A stretch of DNA of 64,000 nucleotides, taken from Candidatus Nitrospinota bacterium M3_3B_026. GTDB taxonomy: Bacteria; Nitrospinota_A; UBA7883; JBPRGF01. Below, piece after piece: positions 46,738 to 55,368 of the stretch. The notes under the pieces were generated by a model. It was not told the origin of the DNA, ran no database searches, and was given only the letters and a program-made list of their open reading frames with translations. The DNA is taken from assembly GCA_051418015.1 (NCBI GenBank), contig JBPRGF010000017.1, positions 128,001 through 192,000 on the forward strand, given 5' to 3'. The translations under genes were made by a program, and so were the position numbers. Position 1 is the stretch's first letter; every line of letters begins with the position of its first letter.

Positions 46738-48061
46738 ATTTCGGACTGACCTCCTTTATCCGGCGGATTTTGCCTTCCTTGGCATCCTCCAGCTCGGAGA
46801 CCGTTTTCGCGAACGCCTCGGCCCTGAAGGGGGTGTAGAACCCTTTCATCTCGTACCCGTCGTCCATCGTGACGACGAACTGTCCGCCGAAATAGCTTTC
46901 CTTCACCAGGTCTTCGGCGACGGCGCCGTGGGCGCGCATCCGGTTGACTACGGAATAGATGACGCTTCGCCTGCCCTCCTCGTCGGCGGCGGCCAGGCGG
47001 ATGACCGGGTCCTCCGGGTTCATATCCTTCACCACAGCCCACACCGTCTTCGGCTGTATGTAGACGCAGCCGTCCGGCATGGAGAAGGCCGACCACCTCC
47101 CCCCTTCCATTTTGTTGATCCTCGGTTTGATCCGCTCGATGAAGACGGCCGGGGAGAACCACGGCAGGGAGACGTCCTCCGGCGCCCAGGAGGGTTTCTC
47201 GCGCCGTTCGGGTCTGGCGCGGGGGCCGGGCGCCATGGCGGGTCCGGCGGGCGGGACAGGAGGCGCGGATGCCCGTTCGGCCTCCTGTACGGATGGCTTG
47301 TCCGCCGGGGCCACGATGGCCGCCAGCTCGCGGCGGCGCGCCCGCTGGTCCGCCTCCCGCAGCGCCCTGGGGAACTCCTCGCGGGGTTTGCCGTGATGGT
47401 CGCGGATGGCCGACAGAACGTCCCGGGCGTAGCTCAGCCCGGAAAAACCCTCGATCCCCTCCAGCATGGCGAGGCTGAACACGGTGTGATCTCCCAGGGA
47501 GTAGCCGGAGGCGCGGCTTCCCGGCAGCTTGCCGAGATCGTGCCCCAGGGCGGTCATGACCGCCCTGGCTTTCGCCGCGGGGCCCGTTCCCACCAGGGCG
47601 ATCATCTCTTCGGCGACGTTCATGGAGTGGTCCGCGAGGGTGACACCCGCCAGGGCGTCGAAGGTGTTCCTGTCGAGCTTTCCCTCCTCCTCGGCTTCCC
47701 CGCCGGCCACCGACGGGCAGGCTCCCCCGGAGTCGAGCAGCCTCAGAAGCTCGAGGATCACCTCCCCGGCGGGACCGGCGAAGTACGGCCTGCCCTCGAC
47801 GTGTTCGGCGTAAAAATCCCGTATCCGCCGGTTTCCGAACCGGACGGGTTCTTTTTTCTCTTCGTCCCGGGACTCTACGTTGTCCCGCCAGAGCCTGGCT
47901 ATCTCCTCCATGCGAAGGGCCGCCTCCTTTCGTTTGCTCCACAGCCCCGCTATGCGCTCCAGCGCGAGGCGCCGTTTGCCGGAGCCCGGAGCCGCCAGCA
48001 GCGCCAGCGGGGCGAAAATGAGAAACGCCGCGCCCAGGTACCACAGAAAGACCGTGTTCAT
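46730..48061 (-). CDS. traI: MOB_H-type HD-domain relaxase (TraI) with N-terminal hydrophobic segment
   Basis: TLADHSMNVA, ALGHDLGK, IRDHH, LREADQRAR; next to T4CP. Confidence 0.7.
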   Translation of the reverse strand: MNTVFLWYLGAAFLIFAPLALLAAPGSGKRRLALERIAGLWSKRKEAALRMEEIARLWRDNVESRDEEKKEPVRFGNRRIRDFYAEHVEGRPYFAGPAGEVILELLRLLDSGGACPSVAGGEAEEEGKLDRNTFDALAGVTLADHSMNVAEEMIALVGTGPAAKARAVMTALGHDLGKLPGSRASGYSLGDHTVFSLAMLEGIEGFSGLSYARDVLSAIRDHHGKPREEFPRALREADQRARRRELAAIVAPADKPSVQEAERASAPPVPPAGPAMAPGPRARPERREKPSWAPEDVSLPWFSPAVFIERIKPRINKMEGGRWSAFSMPDGCVYIQPKTVWAVVKDMNPEDPVIRLAAADEEGRRSVIYSVVNRMRAHGAVAEDLVKESYFGGQFVVTMDDGYEMKGFYTPFRAEAFAKTVSELEDAKEGKIRRIKEVSPKYD

Positions 48062-48070
48062 CGGCGCCGG

Positions 48071-49420
48071 TCACGGCTCGCCCGGTTCGGGGAACCGGAC
48101 GTCGAGCCACTGCTCGGAGACGTCCGCGGTGCCGCCCCTGTACGCGCCGGAGTAGGTGTCCATGTAAAACTGGCGCTCCTGCTGGTTCTTGATCTTCTCC
48201 GGCAGGATCATGTCCTCCTCGACCTCGCGCATCGATATCCCGGCTCCGACGCTCAGGACCGGCGAGAAGGTCTTGACCTTGCCGAAGAAGTTCGCGCCGT
48301 ATTTCGCCGTGTCGAAATCCGGCACGCGCATGAACACCTTGGTGTTGGTGTTGTCCAGGATGACGTTGCCGTAATCGCGGCCCAGCGCGCCGTAGAGCTG
48401 GGAGACCGACTGGCAGAACCCGTGAAGCCACACGCCGAGTCCCCCGGCCTTGGCGAACAGGTCGTCGATCCCGTGATAGAGGAAATTCTGCGTCTCGTCC
48501 ATGTAGAGGGCGAGCGGCGGGTCGATCCTGCGGCCGGCCGCGCCGATACGCCCGGCGAGGCTCTGGATCATGGAGACGACGACCCGGCCCACGGTGAACG
48601 CGGCCTTCCTGGTGAGCATACTGCCGAGCTGGACCACCATGATGACCCGCTCGCCGCGTTCGAGCCTGTTTATGAACCTGTTCTCGTCGGCCTTGCCGAT
48701 GATTTTTCCAATATTGCCCGATGTGAGCTCCATGAGAGCGACCCGGAGGGACGAGGATATCTTGCCGTAGTAGTCCTGGGGCGATTCCACGATTTTTTTC
48801 ATGTCCTGGGCGAGCTGCCGGGCGTCATCGGAGTCGATCGCCTCGATCTCGGTCATGAGCTTGCCCAGCTCGTCCCTGCTCATCAGGTTCTTGACGTCGT
48901 TGAGGTTGAAGGCCGGCGGGCGGCCCTCCCATTCGGCCAGCATGATCAGGCCCTGTACTATCACCAGGCTGATCTCGTAGGCGACGTTGGCGAAGAATTT
49001 ATCCTTGCTGTCCGGGACGCCGGAGACGATGTGCCCCACCAGCTCCTCCGGCATGTAGTAGTGCGACAGCGGGTCGAGGATCGCGGAGACGCCGGGGAAG
49101 ATCGGCGACACGAAGATCAGCTCGTCCTGGCGTCCCTCCTCGAAGGCGACCTGGACGATCTTGCAGAACAGCTCTATCCCTTCCGGCCCGACCTTCGGGT
49201 CGATGGCGACGACGGAGCGGCCCTTGCGGATGTCCTGCTCAATGAGGTTCTCCATCAGCTTGCTCTTGCCCGCGCGCGTCGTGCCGAAACACCAGAAATG
49301 CCCCTTGCGGTGGCCGTCGGGGATCGTTATCGGCCTCGGCCGCGCGCCGGGCAGATCGAGCCGTACACCTTCGCCGACTACGGAGAAATCCTCTTTGTTT
49401 TTCAGCCAGCCTAACGCCAT
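48071..49420 (-). CDS. traD: Type IV coupling protein
   Basis: GTTRAGKS, IDPK, LYMDE, AKAGG.G...FCQS..QL, ILDNTNT. Confidence 0.85.
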   Translation of the reverse strand: MALGWLKNKEDFSVVGEGVRLDLPGARPRPITIPDGHRKGHFWCFGTTRAGKSKLMENLIEQDIRKGRSVVAIDPKVGPEGIELFCKIVQVAFEEGRQDELIFVSPIFPGVSAILDPLSHYYMPEELVGHIVSGVPDSKDKFFANVAYEISLVIVQGLIMLAEWEGRPPAFNLNDVKNLMSRDELGKLMTEIEAIDSDDARQLAQDMKKIVESPQDYYGKISSSLRVALMELTSGNIGKIIGKADENRFINRLERGERVIMVVQLGSMLTRKAAFTVGRVVVSMIQSLAGRIGAAGRRIDPPLALYMDETQNFLYHGIDDLFAKAGGLGVWLHGFCQSVSQLYGALGRDYGNVILDNTNTKVFMRVPDFDTAKYGANFFGKVKTFSPVLSVGAGISMREVEEDMILPEKIKNQQERQFYMDTYSGAYRGGTADVSEQWLDVRFPEPGEP

Positions 49421-50124
49421 TTCACCTTGATCCTTTCACCTCCAAGCTCTTCACAAACCCGCCGGATCGCCTCCCTTGGCAGAGGTTTTTGAGACTCGAC
49501 GAAACTTATCCCGCCCGCGATCCTGCGGACACATTCGACCTTCATTCCCGTCTCCTTCCCGAACAGCAGCTCGACAATTCTCTTCGTCGTCCTGGCGAGA
49601 ACCATCTCCAGCCGTGGCGGCTCCCCACCCCCGCCGCGCGTCCGGACCGCCATCGCGTGGAACCACGCCTTCGACCCCGCGTGGAGTTTTCCCCGCTCCC
49701 TGGGAGGAAGGCGCCTTGCCGGACATACGCCGTGGATATCTCCTTCCATCCCCTCGATGGCCACGGCCAGGCCGCCATCGGCGAAGGTCTTTATAATTTC
49801 TCCGCGGACCAGCGTCCCCGCGTACCGGCGGTACGGTTCGCGCCGCCCGGAGGCGGCCAGCGCGGCGAGACGCCGTTCGGCGGCCCTGGCTGCGGCCCTG
49901 GCCAGCCCCGCGCCCGTACGCTCGATTCGGACAGCCGCCACGATCCCGTCCTTCGTCTCCGGAAACGCGAAAAACTCCATCCCTTCGCCGTTGAGCCACG
50001 CCTCCACGTCGAGCCCCAGCCTCGCCGACAGGACGGAGGAGACCGCCCGTTCGATCTCCTCCATCACCGCGCTCTCCGGCAGGCCGTGCATGGCGGCCAG
50101 ACGGGCCGCGGGAAGCCGGATCAT
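49411..50124 (-). CDS. Truncated NusA-like protein (NTD-S1-partial KH)
   Basis: LPPRER; LARTTKRIVELLF; RRIAG; IRRVCEELGGERIKVKW recalls NusA V..ELGGERIDIV.W. Confidence 0.6.
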   Translation of the reverse strand: MIRLPAARLAAMHGLPESAVMEEIERAVSSVLSARLGLDVEAWLNGEGMEFFAFPETKDGIVAAVRIERTGAGLARAAARAAERRLAALAASGRREPYRRYAGTLVRGEIIKTFADGGLAVAIEGMEGDIHGVCPARRLPPRERGKLHAGSKAWFHAMAVRTRGGGGEPPRLEMVLARTTKRIVELLFGKETGMKVECVRRIAGGISFVESQKPLPREAIRRVCEELGGERIKVKWR

Positions 50125-50136
50125 GGCCGCCGCCCG

Positions 50137-50565
50137 TCACGGACGCGCCCCGTCCATCGCCCGCCACGCTTCGTAGACCTTCCATGCGTAGCGCGCCGCC
50201 CGGTCCGGCCGGGGGGAGTGGTAGCAGCCGACGGCGGACCAGGTGTAGCCGAGCCGGACGACGCACTCCGAGAGAACCCAGGCCCCGGCCATGACGTTCG
50301 CGCAGGGGCCTGGCGCTTCTGAAAAATCGGGCAGGCGGCGCTCCCACCAGGAGTTGACCTGCATCAGGCCCCGGTCGACGGAGCCGTCCGCGTTCCGGTT
50401 GGACGCCTCCGGGTCGAACCGGGACTCGACCCAGGCTATCGCCCGGAGAAGATCAGGGGAGACGCCGTACCGCGCCCCCGCGTCCTCGAAACAGAACGCC
50501 CACGCACTAGGCGCGGCGAGAAGAAGAAACAGAACGGCCGCTTTGAGACCGGCGCGGAACGTCAC
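50137..50565 (-). CDS. Lytic transglycosylase (SLT/VirB1-like)
   Basis: AIAWVES, GLMQVNS, AVGCYHS. Confidence 0.9.
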   Translation of the reverse strand: MTFRAGLKAAVLFLLLAAPSAWAFCFEDAGARYGVSPDLLRAIAWVESRFDPEASNRNADGSVDRGLMQVNSWWERRLPDFSEAPGPCANVMAGAWVLSECVVRLGYTWSAVGCYHSPRPDRAARYAWKVYEAWRAMDGARP

Positions 50566-50990
50566 TGACCGTCCTCCACGGGAGCTTCGGCGGCTTCCGG
50601 CTCGGGTTCGGAATCGGACGGGATGTTCTCGTCATCGTCCGGCTCGGGCTGGGGCGTCTGGGCCCCGGCGCCCCGCGGCAGGAACTTCACCCGGTTGGCC
50701 ACGATCTCGATCTTCTTTCCGGTCTTCCCCTCGAACTCCCATTCGCGCTCGCGCAGCCGCCCTTCCACCAGCACAGGCGCGCCCTTGGCCAGGTATTCCC
50801 TGCACGGCTGGGCCTGGGCGCCGAAGACCACGGCGTTGATGAAAAGCGTCTCGGAGGTTTTTTCCCCGTCCGTGGTTTTGAACCCCGAGTCAACCGCCAC
50901 GGGCAGGCGCGTCACGGGGATACCCGAGCTGCTCTCCCAGAACTCGGGGTCTCTCGTCAGGTTCCCGGCGATGATTACACGGTTGTACAT
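50562..50990 (-). CDS. ssb: Single-stranded DNA-binding protein
   Basis: NRVIIAGNLTRDPE, KG..VLVEGRL, acidic tail. Confidence 0.92.
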   Translation of the reverse strand: MYNRVIIAGNLTRDPEFWESSSGIPVTRLPVAVDSGFKTTDGEKTSETLFINAVVFGAQAQPCREYLAKGAPVLVEGRLREREWEFEGKTGKKIEIVANRVKFLPRGAGAQTPQPEPDDDENIPSDSEPEPEAAEAPVEDGQ

Positions 50991-51011
50991 GCTTCGTTCC
51001 TCCTCGTTTGG

Positions 51012-53675
51012 TTAGTAGCAGTTGACGCCCGCCTGGGCGGTGTCCGAAGTCTGGTAGTTGCCGTCCACGTCCACGGGGGGCGATCCCAGGCCGTCTATCA
51101 GCGACGCAAGCTCGCCGCAGGAGATAGAGTTCTTGTTCCCCTTAACCGGCAAATGCGATGGGGACATCGAAAGCAGGGCGTTCCAGTTCGAGATGACCGC
51201 CCCGTCCCTGTTCGCCCAGTTGAGGCCCAGGACACTCATGTTCGTCAGGCTGGAAAGCGGCGCCAGGTCCGTAACCAGGGTTTGGTAAAGAGTCAGGGAC
51301 CGAAGGCTTGTCAGCCCCGAGATCGGCGAGAGGTTGGATACGTTCGAGCCCCCTACGTCCAACACCCTCAGGCTGGTCAGGCCCGATACCGGCGTCAGGT
51401 CGGACACGTCGGTTGTATAGAGGCTCAGTCCGATGAGGTTCGTCAACCCCGCGACGGGCGATATGTCCGTCAGGTTGTACGCTCCGTAGAAACTCAACTC
51501 CGTCAGCCCGGTGAGCCCGGCGACGGGGCTTATATCGGTGATGTTATGGTTGCCGGAGAAGTCGAGGTAATTGAGGTTTCCCAGCGCGGCGACGGGGCCG
51601 ATGTCTGAGATGTTATTGTGGCCCGCCGCGATATAGGTCAGGTTCGTCAGCCCCGCAAGGGGAGAAATGTCCGTCACGTAGTTGTAAGCGAAGTGGATCG
51701 CTTCCAGGTTGGCAAGCCCCGACAGCGGCGAGAGGTCCGAGACGTTGTTGAAATCAAGCCACAGCGACCTAAGGTTGGAAAGGGCGGCGAGCGGCGAGAG
51801 GTCCGAGACGTTGTTGCGGCTCAAGACCAGGGAGGAGAGTATGGGGAGGCCGCCCAGGGGGCCTATATCGTCGATGTAGTTGCCGTGCAGGCGAAGGGAT
51901 TTGAGCCTGTCCAGCCCCGCCAGCGGCGATATGTCTGAGATGGAGTTCGAGTCGAGAAACAGCGACTCCATGTTCGTAAGGTTCACCAGCGGGTAGAGGT
52001 TGGAGACGTTGTTGTTCCGCAGGTCCAACATTCCCAGGCTAGTGACCCCGGAAAGCGGCGTCAGGTTCGACACGCTGTTGTATTTCAGGCGGAGCGTCTC
52101 CAGGTTCTTCAGGCCGGACAGCGGCGCCAGATCCGAGATGGAGTTCTCGTCGAGATCGGCCGTCACCAGGTTGACCAGATGCTCCATGCCACCCAGCCCG
52201 TTGACGTTCTCCGCCACGCAGGGGAGACCCGTGACCTCGCTTGCCACGGATTTGCCAAGAGCGTCCACGCACGCCTGAAGATTCGCGTCGCCGAAAAGAC
52301 CTCCAAGCGTGGTGCAATGATCCCCCACGCCGTCTGAGTCAACGTCTTCCTGGTCCGGGTTGGCGATGGAGGCGCAGTTGTCGTCGCAGCTCGAGGTCGA
52401 GCCTCCCGAACAGACCGAGCCGTACCCGTCATCGGGTATTCCATCCCCGTCGGAGTCAGGCTCGCAGGCGTCCCCCACGCCGTCCCCGTCGGCGTCCTCC
52501 TGCCCGGGGTTGGCCACGCCGGGGCAGTTATCCGAATCGTCGGCGTCGCCGTCGCCGTCCCTGTCCCCGTCGCACACGTCGCCGATACCGTCCCCATCCT
52601 GATCGGCCTGGTCGAGGTTGGAGACCAGGGAACAGTTATCAGTCCCGTCTGGTATCCCGTCCCCGTCGTCGTCGGAGTCGCAGGCATCGCCGGCCCCGTC
52701 GCCGTCGGTGTCGGTCTGTGAAGCGTTGGCGACGGTGGGGCAGTTATCCAAAATGTTGTCCACGCCGTCGCCATCCGTATCGGAGTCGCAGGCGTCGCCC
52801 AGTCCGTCTCCGTCGGAATCGGCCTGGTCCGGGTTGGAGACCGAGGGGCAGTTGTCCGCCCCGTTGTCGTAGCCGTCCCCGTCGGGGTCGGAATCGCAGG
52901 CGTCGCCGATACCGTCTCCGTCGGAATCCTTCTGATCGGGGTTCGCCTCCGTAGGGCAGTTATCGTTGTCGTCCGGCACGCCGTCCCCATCCTTGTCCCC
53001 ATCGCAGGCGTCGCCCACGCCGTCGCCGTTGTAGTCGGCCTGGTCAAGGTTGGAGACGTAGACGCAGTTGTCCACGTTGTCCGGCACGCCGTCGCGGTCA
53101 TGATCGACAAGACCGTCGCAGGCGTCGCCGATCCCGTCCTGGTCGGAATCCTTCTGATCGGGATTCCGCGTCCAGCGGCAGTTGTCGGCGTCGTCGGGTA
53201 TCCCATCGTTGTCATGATCGACGTCGCAGGCGTTCCCCACGCCGTCCTTGTCGGAGTCGCGCTGGTCAGGGTTGTGAGCGCCCGGGCAGTTGTCGGCGTC
53301 ATCTGAAAAACCGTCGCCGTCGGTGTCCCGCCCGGAGCCGCCTCCGCCGCCGGATCCCGAACCATCCCCGGACGACGAGCTTCCCGCCTGGTCGGGGTCG
53401 CAGGCGTCGCCGATACCGTCCTGGTCGATGTCGATCTGGTCGCGGTTGGGGACGTAGACGCAGTTGTCGGCGTCGTTCGGAACGCCGTCCCCGTCCGAAT
53501 CTGTCATCGAGTCGCAGGCGTCCCCCAGCCCGTCGTCGTCGCCGTCCTTCTGGTCGGAGTTCTGGACGAACCTGCAGTTGTCCTTGTCGTCCGGGACGCC
53601 GTCCCCGTCGGTGTCGACACCCGCGCAGGCGGCAAAAGTGATTATCATGAAAAATATCGCGGCGGCTCGGAACAT
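51012..53675 (-). CDS. Lipoprotein with thrombospondin type-3 repeats and internalin-like LRRs
   Basis: Lipobox FAAC; ~11 DNC...NPDQ.D.D.DG.GDACD units; 22-aa LxxLxLxxNxISDLSPL repeats. Confidence 0.88.
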   Translation of the reverse strand: MFRAAAIFFMIITFAACAGVDTDGDGVPDDKDNCRFVQNSDQKDGDDDGLGDACDSMTDSDGDGVPNDADNCVYVPNRDQIDIDQDGIGDACDPDQAGSSSSGDGSGSGGGGGSGRDTDGDGFSDDADNCPGAHNPDQRDSDKDGVGNACDVDHDNDGIPDDADNCRWTRNPDQKDSDQDGIGDACDGLVDHDRDGVPDNVDNCVYVSNLDQADYNGDGVGDACDGDKDGDGVPDDNDNCPTEANPDQKDSDGDGIGDACDSDPDGDGYDNGADNCPSVSNPDQADSDGDGLGDACDSDTDGDGVDNILDNCPTVANASQTDTDGDGAGDACDSDDDGDGIPDGTDNCSLVSNLDQADQDGDGIGDVCDGDRDGDGDADDSDNCPGVANPGQEDADGDGVGDACEPDSDGDGIPDDGYGSVCSGGSTSSCDDNCASIANPDQEDVDSDGVGDHCTTLGGLFGDANLQACVDALGKSVASEVTGLPCVAENVNGLGGMEHLVNLVTADLDENSISDLAPLSGLKNLETLRLKYNSVSNLTPLSGVTSLGMLDLRNNNVSNLYPLVNLTNMESLFLDSNSISDISPLAGLDRLKSLRLHGNYIDDIGPLGGLPILSSLVLSRNNVSDLSPLAALSNLRSLWLDFNNVSDLSPLSGLANLEAIHFAYNYVTDISPLAGLTNLTYIAAGHNNISDIGPVAALGNLNYLDFSGNHNITDISPVAGLTGLTELSFYGAYNLTDISPVAGLTNLIGLSLYTTDVSDLTPVSGLTSLRVLDVGGSNVSNLSPISGLTSLRSLTLYQTLVTDLAPLSSLTNMSVLGLNWANRDGAVISNWNALLSMSPSHLPVKGNKNSISCGELASLIDGLGSPPVDVDGNYQTSDTAQAGVNCY

Positions 53676-53699
53676 GGGCTTACCTCCAATTCAAAAAAA

Positions 53700-53736
53700 C
53701 CTCTCGTTATATAAGAGTGGGAGGGGTAAAGACCCG
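53700..53736 (-). promoter_or_regulatory. Conserved ICE promoter box, copy 3 (heads leftward traD/traI operon)
   Basis: Identical to 3785-3821 on the opposite strand, 25 bp from the start codon. Confidence 0.8.
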
Positions 53737-53883
53737 AGAGCCTCAAAATGGCCGTAACCGCCTGATATACAAGAAATAAAAAAAATCAGAAAAATTTTCT
53801 TTACTTTCAGTGATTGTTTTGATAACAGAGAGGGTACGTAGCGCAAATGTCCTGAAGCATGGATTTCCCGGGGGTTTAACGGG

Positions 53884-55116
53884 GTGAACGTCAGGGTCTA
53901 CACGAAGGAAAAATGCCCCCTCTGCGCCTCCCCCCTACGCCCCGCCGACGATTTCCGCTGCCAGAAACATCCAAAAGTGAAAGCCGCCGCCTGCTACATA
54001 CAGGTCACCGGGGTCCCGGGTCTTCCTAAACGCCGTTTACGAATATACAGCGACAGGGCGGGGATACCGTTATACCTGAAGACGGCCGCGCCTCTGGCCG
54101 AGAGCATACAGAAGGACATCCTCACCGGCGTGTTCGACCCACATGTCTGGTCTCCATCGGTGAAAAAGCGCCTGAAGTGGCGCAACTACGCGGGTCATTA
54201 TCTGGCGCGCATGGAGGCCCGCACAAAGCTGCCGATCAACTCCGATGAAAGGCTGTCCATAACAGGGTACCGCGAGCTGGAGCAGTACCAGCGCCTCTAC
54301 CTCATCCCCGCGTTCGGGGAAGAATATCTCGATGGGCTCACGGCAAGCTCCATCAGAAACTTCGTCACCCAGTTGAAAGATACGGGGGGCGGATACGCAT
54401 CCTCCACCATCCGCAGGAAAGCAGTGGATGGGATTCGTCACATGCTCAACTTCGCAAAAAGCGAAGGGGATATAGCGATTGTCCCGGAAATGCCGGGGGT
54501 GAAAAGCGGGTCGCGTACCATCACGACCCTGACTCCGGACCAGCAGGCGGAGATTCTGCGTCATATTCAACCTCAACGGCGGCCGATCTACGAGTGGCTG
54601 GCGGCCACTGGAAGGCGGGTCAACGAGGCCCGGGCGCTGAAGGTGAAGGACATCGATTTCAGCCGTGGAGAGTATCGGGTGGCGGGAGCTTTCGACAGGG
54701 ACGTCTACAAGCCTTACCCGAAAGCGCGCCGATACGCTGGCGCGGCGTTGCCTCTTGATGAAAAGACGACCGATATCATCAAGCGGGCGCTCAAAGGAAG
54801 GGTCTACGGCCCTGACTGCTTCGTGTTCGCCGACCGCAGAACCGGCGACGCTTTTACTCACTCACAGGTGGAAGGACCTTTCAAGACCGCGCGGCGCAAG
54901 GCCGGGTATACCATTTCATTAAACGAGTTCGGCCGACACTCCTGGGCGACGCAGAGGCTGTCCGAGGGCTGGACGTTCGATCACGTGGCGACGTTCCTGC
55001 TGAACACCGCGAGCGTCGTGGAGAACAGATACGCAAACGTCACGACGGCCGTCCGCCGTTCGATCATCGACCTGCACTCCGCCAGGGGCAGACGAAGGAA
55101 GAGGAAAATCAAATGA
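53884..55116 (+). CDS. Tyrosine recombinase/integrase
   Basis: TGRRVNEARAL.VKDIDF, GRHSWAT, RYA; adjacent to att. Confidence 0.85.
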   Translation: MNVRVYTKEKCPLCASPLRPADDFRCQKHPKVKAAACYIQVTGVPGLPKRRLRIYSDRAGIPLYLKTAAPLAESIQKDILTGVFDPHVWSPSVKKRLKWRNYAGHYLARMEARTKLPINSDERLSITGYRELEQYQRLYLIPAFGEEYLDGLTASSIRNFVTQLKDTGGGYASSTIRRKAVDGIRHMLNFAKSEGDIAIVPEMPGVKSGSRTITTLTPDQQAEILRHIQPQRRPIYEWLAATGRRVNEARALKVKDIDFSRGEYRVAGAFDRDVYKPYPKARRYAGAALPLDEKTTDIIKRALKGRVYGPDCFVFADRRTGDAFTHSQVEGPFKTARRKAGYTISLNEFGRHSWATQRLSEGWTFDHVATFLLNTASVVENRYANVTTAVRRSIIDLHSARGRRRKRKIK

Positions 55117-55204
55117 GGATACCGCCCAGGCCCCCCCGGCGTGCCCCCGGAGCAGATATCGAGGGTTCCAACACATTGTATCTAAAGCGTATATATAACC
55201 TGAT

Positions 55205-55234
55205 GAAGGGTTCGACTCCCTTCATCTTCCGCCA
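55205..55234 (+). other. att site: 3' fragment of tRNA-Sec (selC)
   Basis: AAGGG-TTCGACT-CCCTT-CATCTTCC-G-CCA matches the tRNA-Sec T-arm/8-bp acceptor pattern; no 5' half upstream. Confidence 0.85.
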
Positions 55235-55368
55235 TTTCCCGAAGCGCCCCGCCAATAAAATCAACGGAGTCACTTCCAGCGAAGGGAAGCGAAAAACACG
55301 CTCCCGGGCATGTTTTCCTCGCCGATAAACACAACACTCCGGATGAACCTGATCTATACAGTCGAGTC

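Larger units (their letters stand above)
1..55234. mobile_element. Integrative conjugative element (MPF_F T4SS, MOB_H relaxase, tyrosine integrase) integrated at tRNA-Sec; left end outside window
   Basis: F-type tra gene set, T4CP, HD relaxase, integrase next to a tRNA 3'-end duplication, then an abrupt switch to housekeeping genes (mutS2...ftsZ). Confidence 0.9.

Noticed and set aside
46649..49414. 921-aa plus-strand ORF and similar long ORFs (933-2534, 20334-22256, 28001-29752)
   Set aside because: High-GC shadow frames over well-supported genes; no motifs
52320..53620. Tandem DNA repeats
   Set aside because: Coding TSP3 repeats of the lipoprotein
55140..55234. Complete tRNA gene
   Set aside because: Only T-arm, acceptor 3' strand and CCA are present; no 5' GGAAGATG
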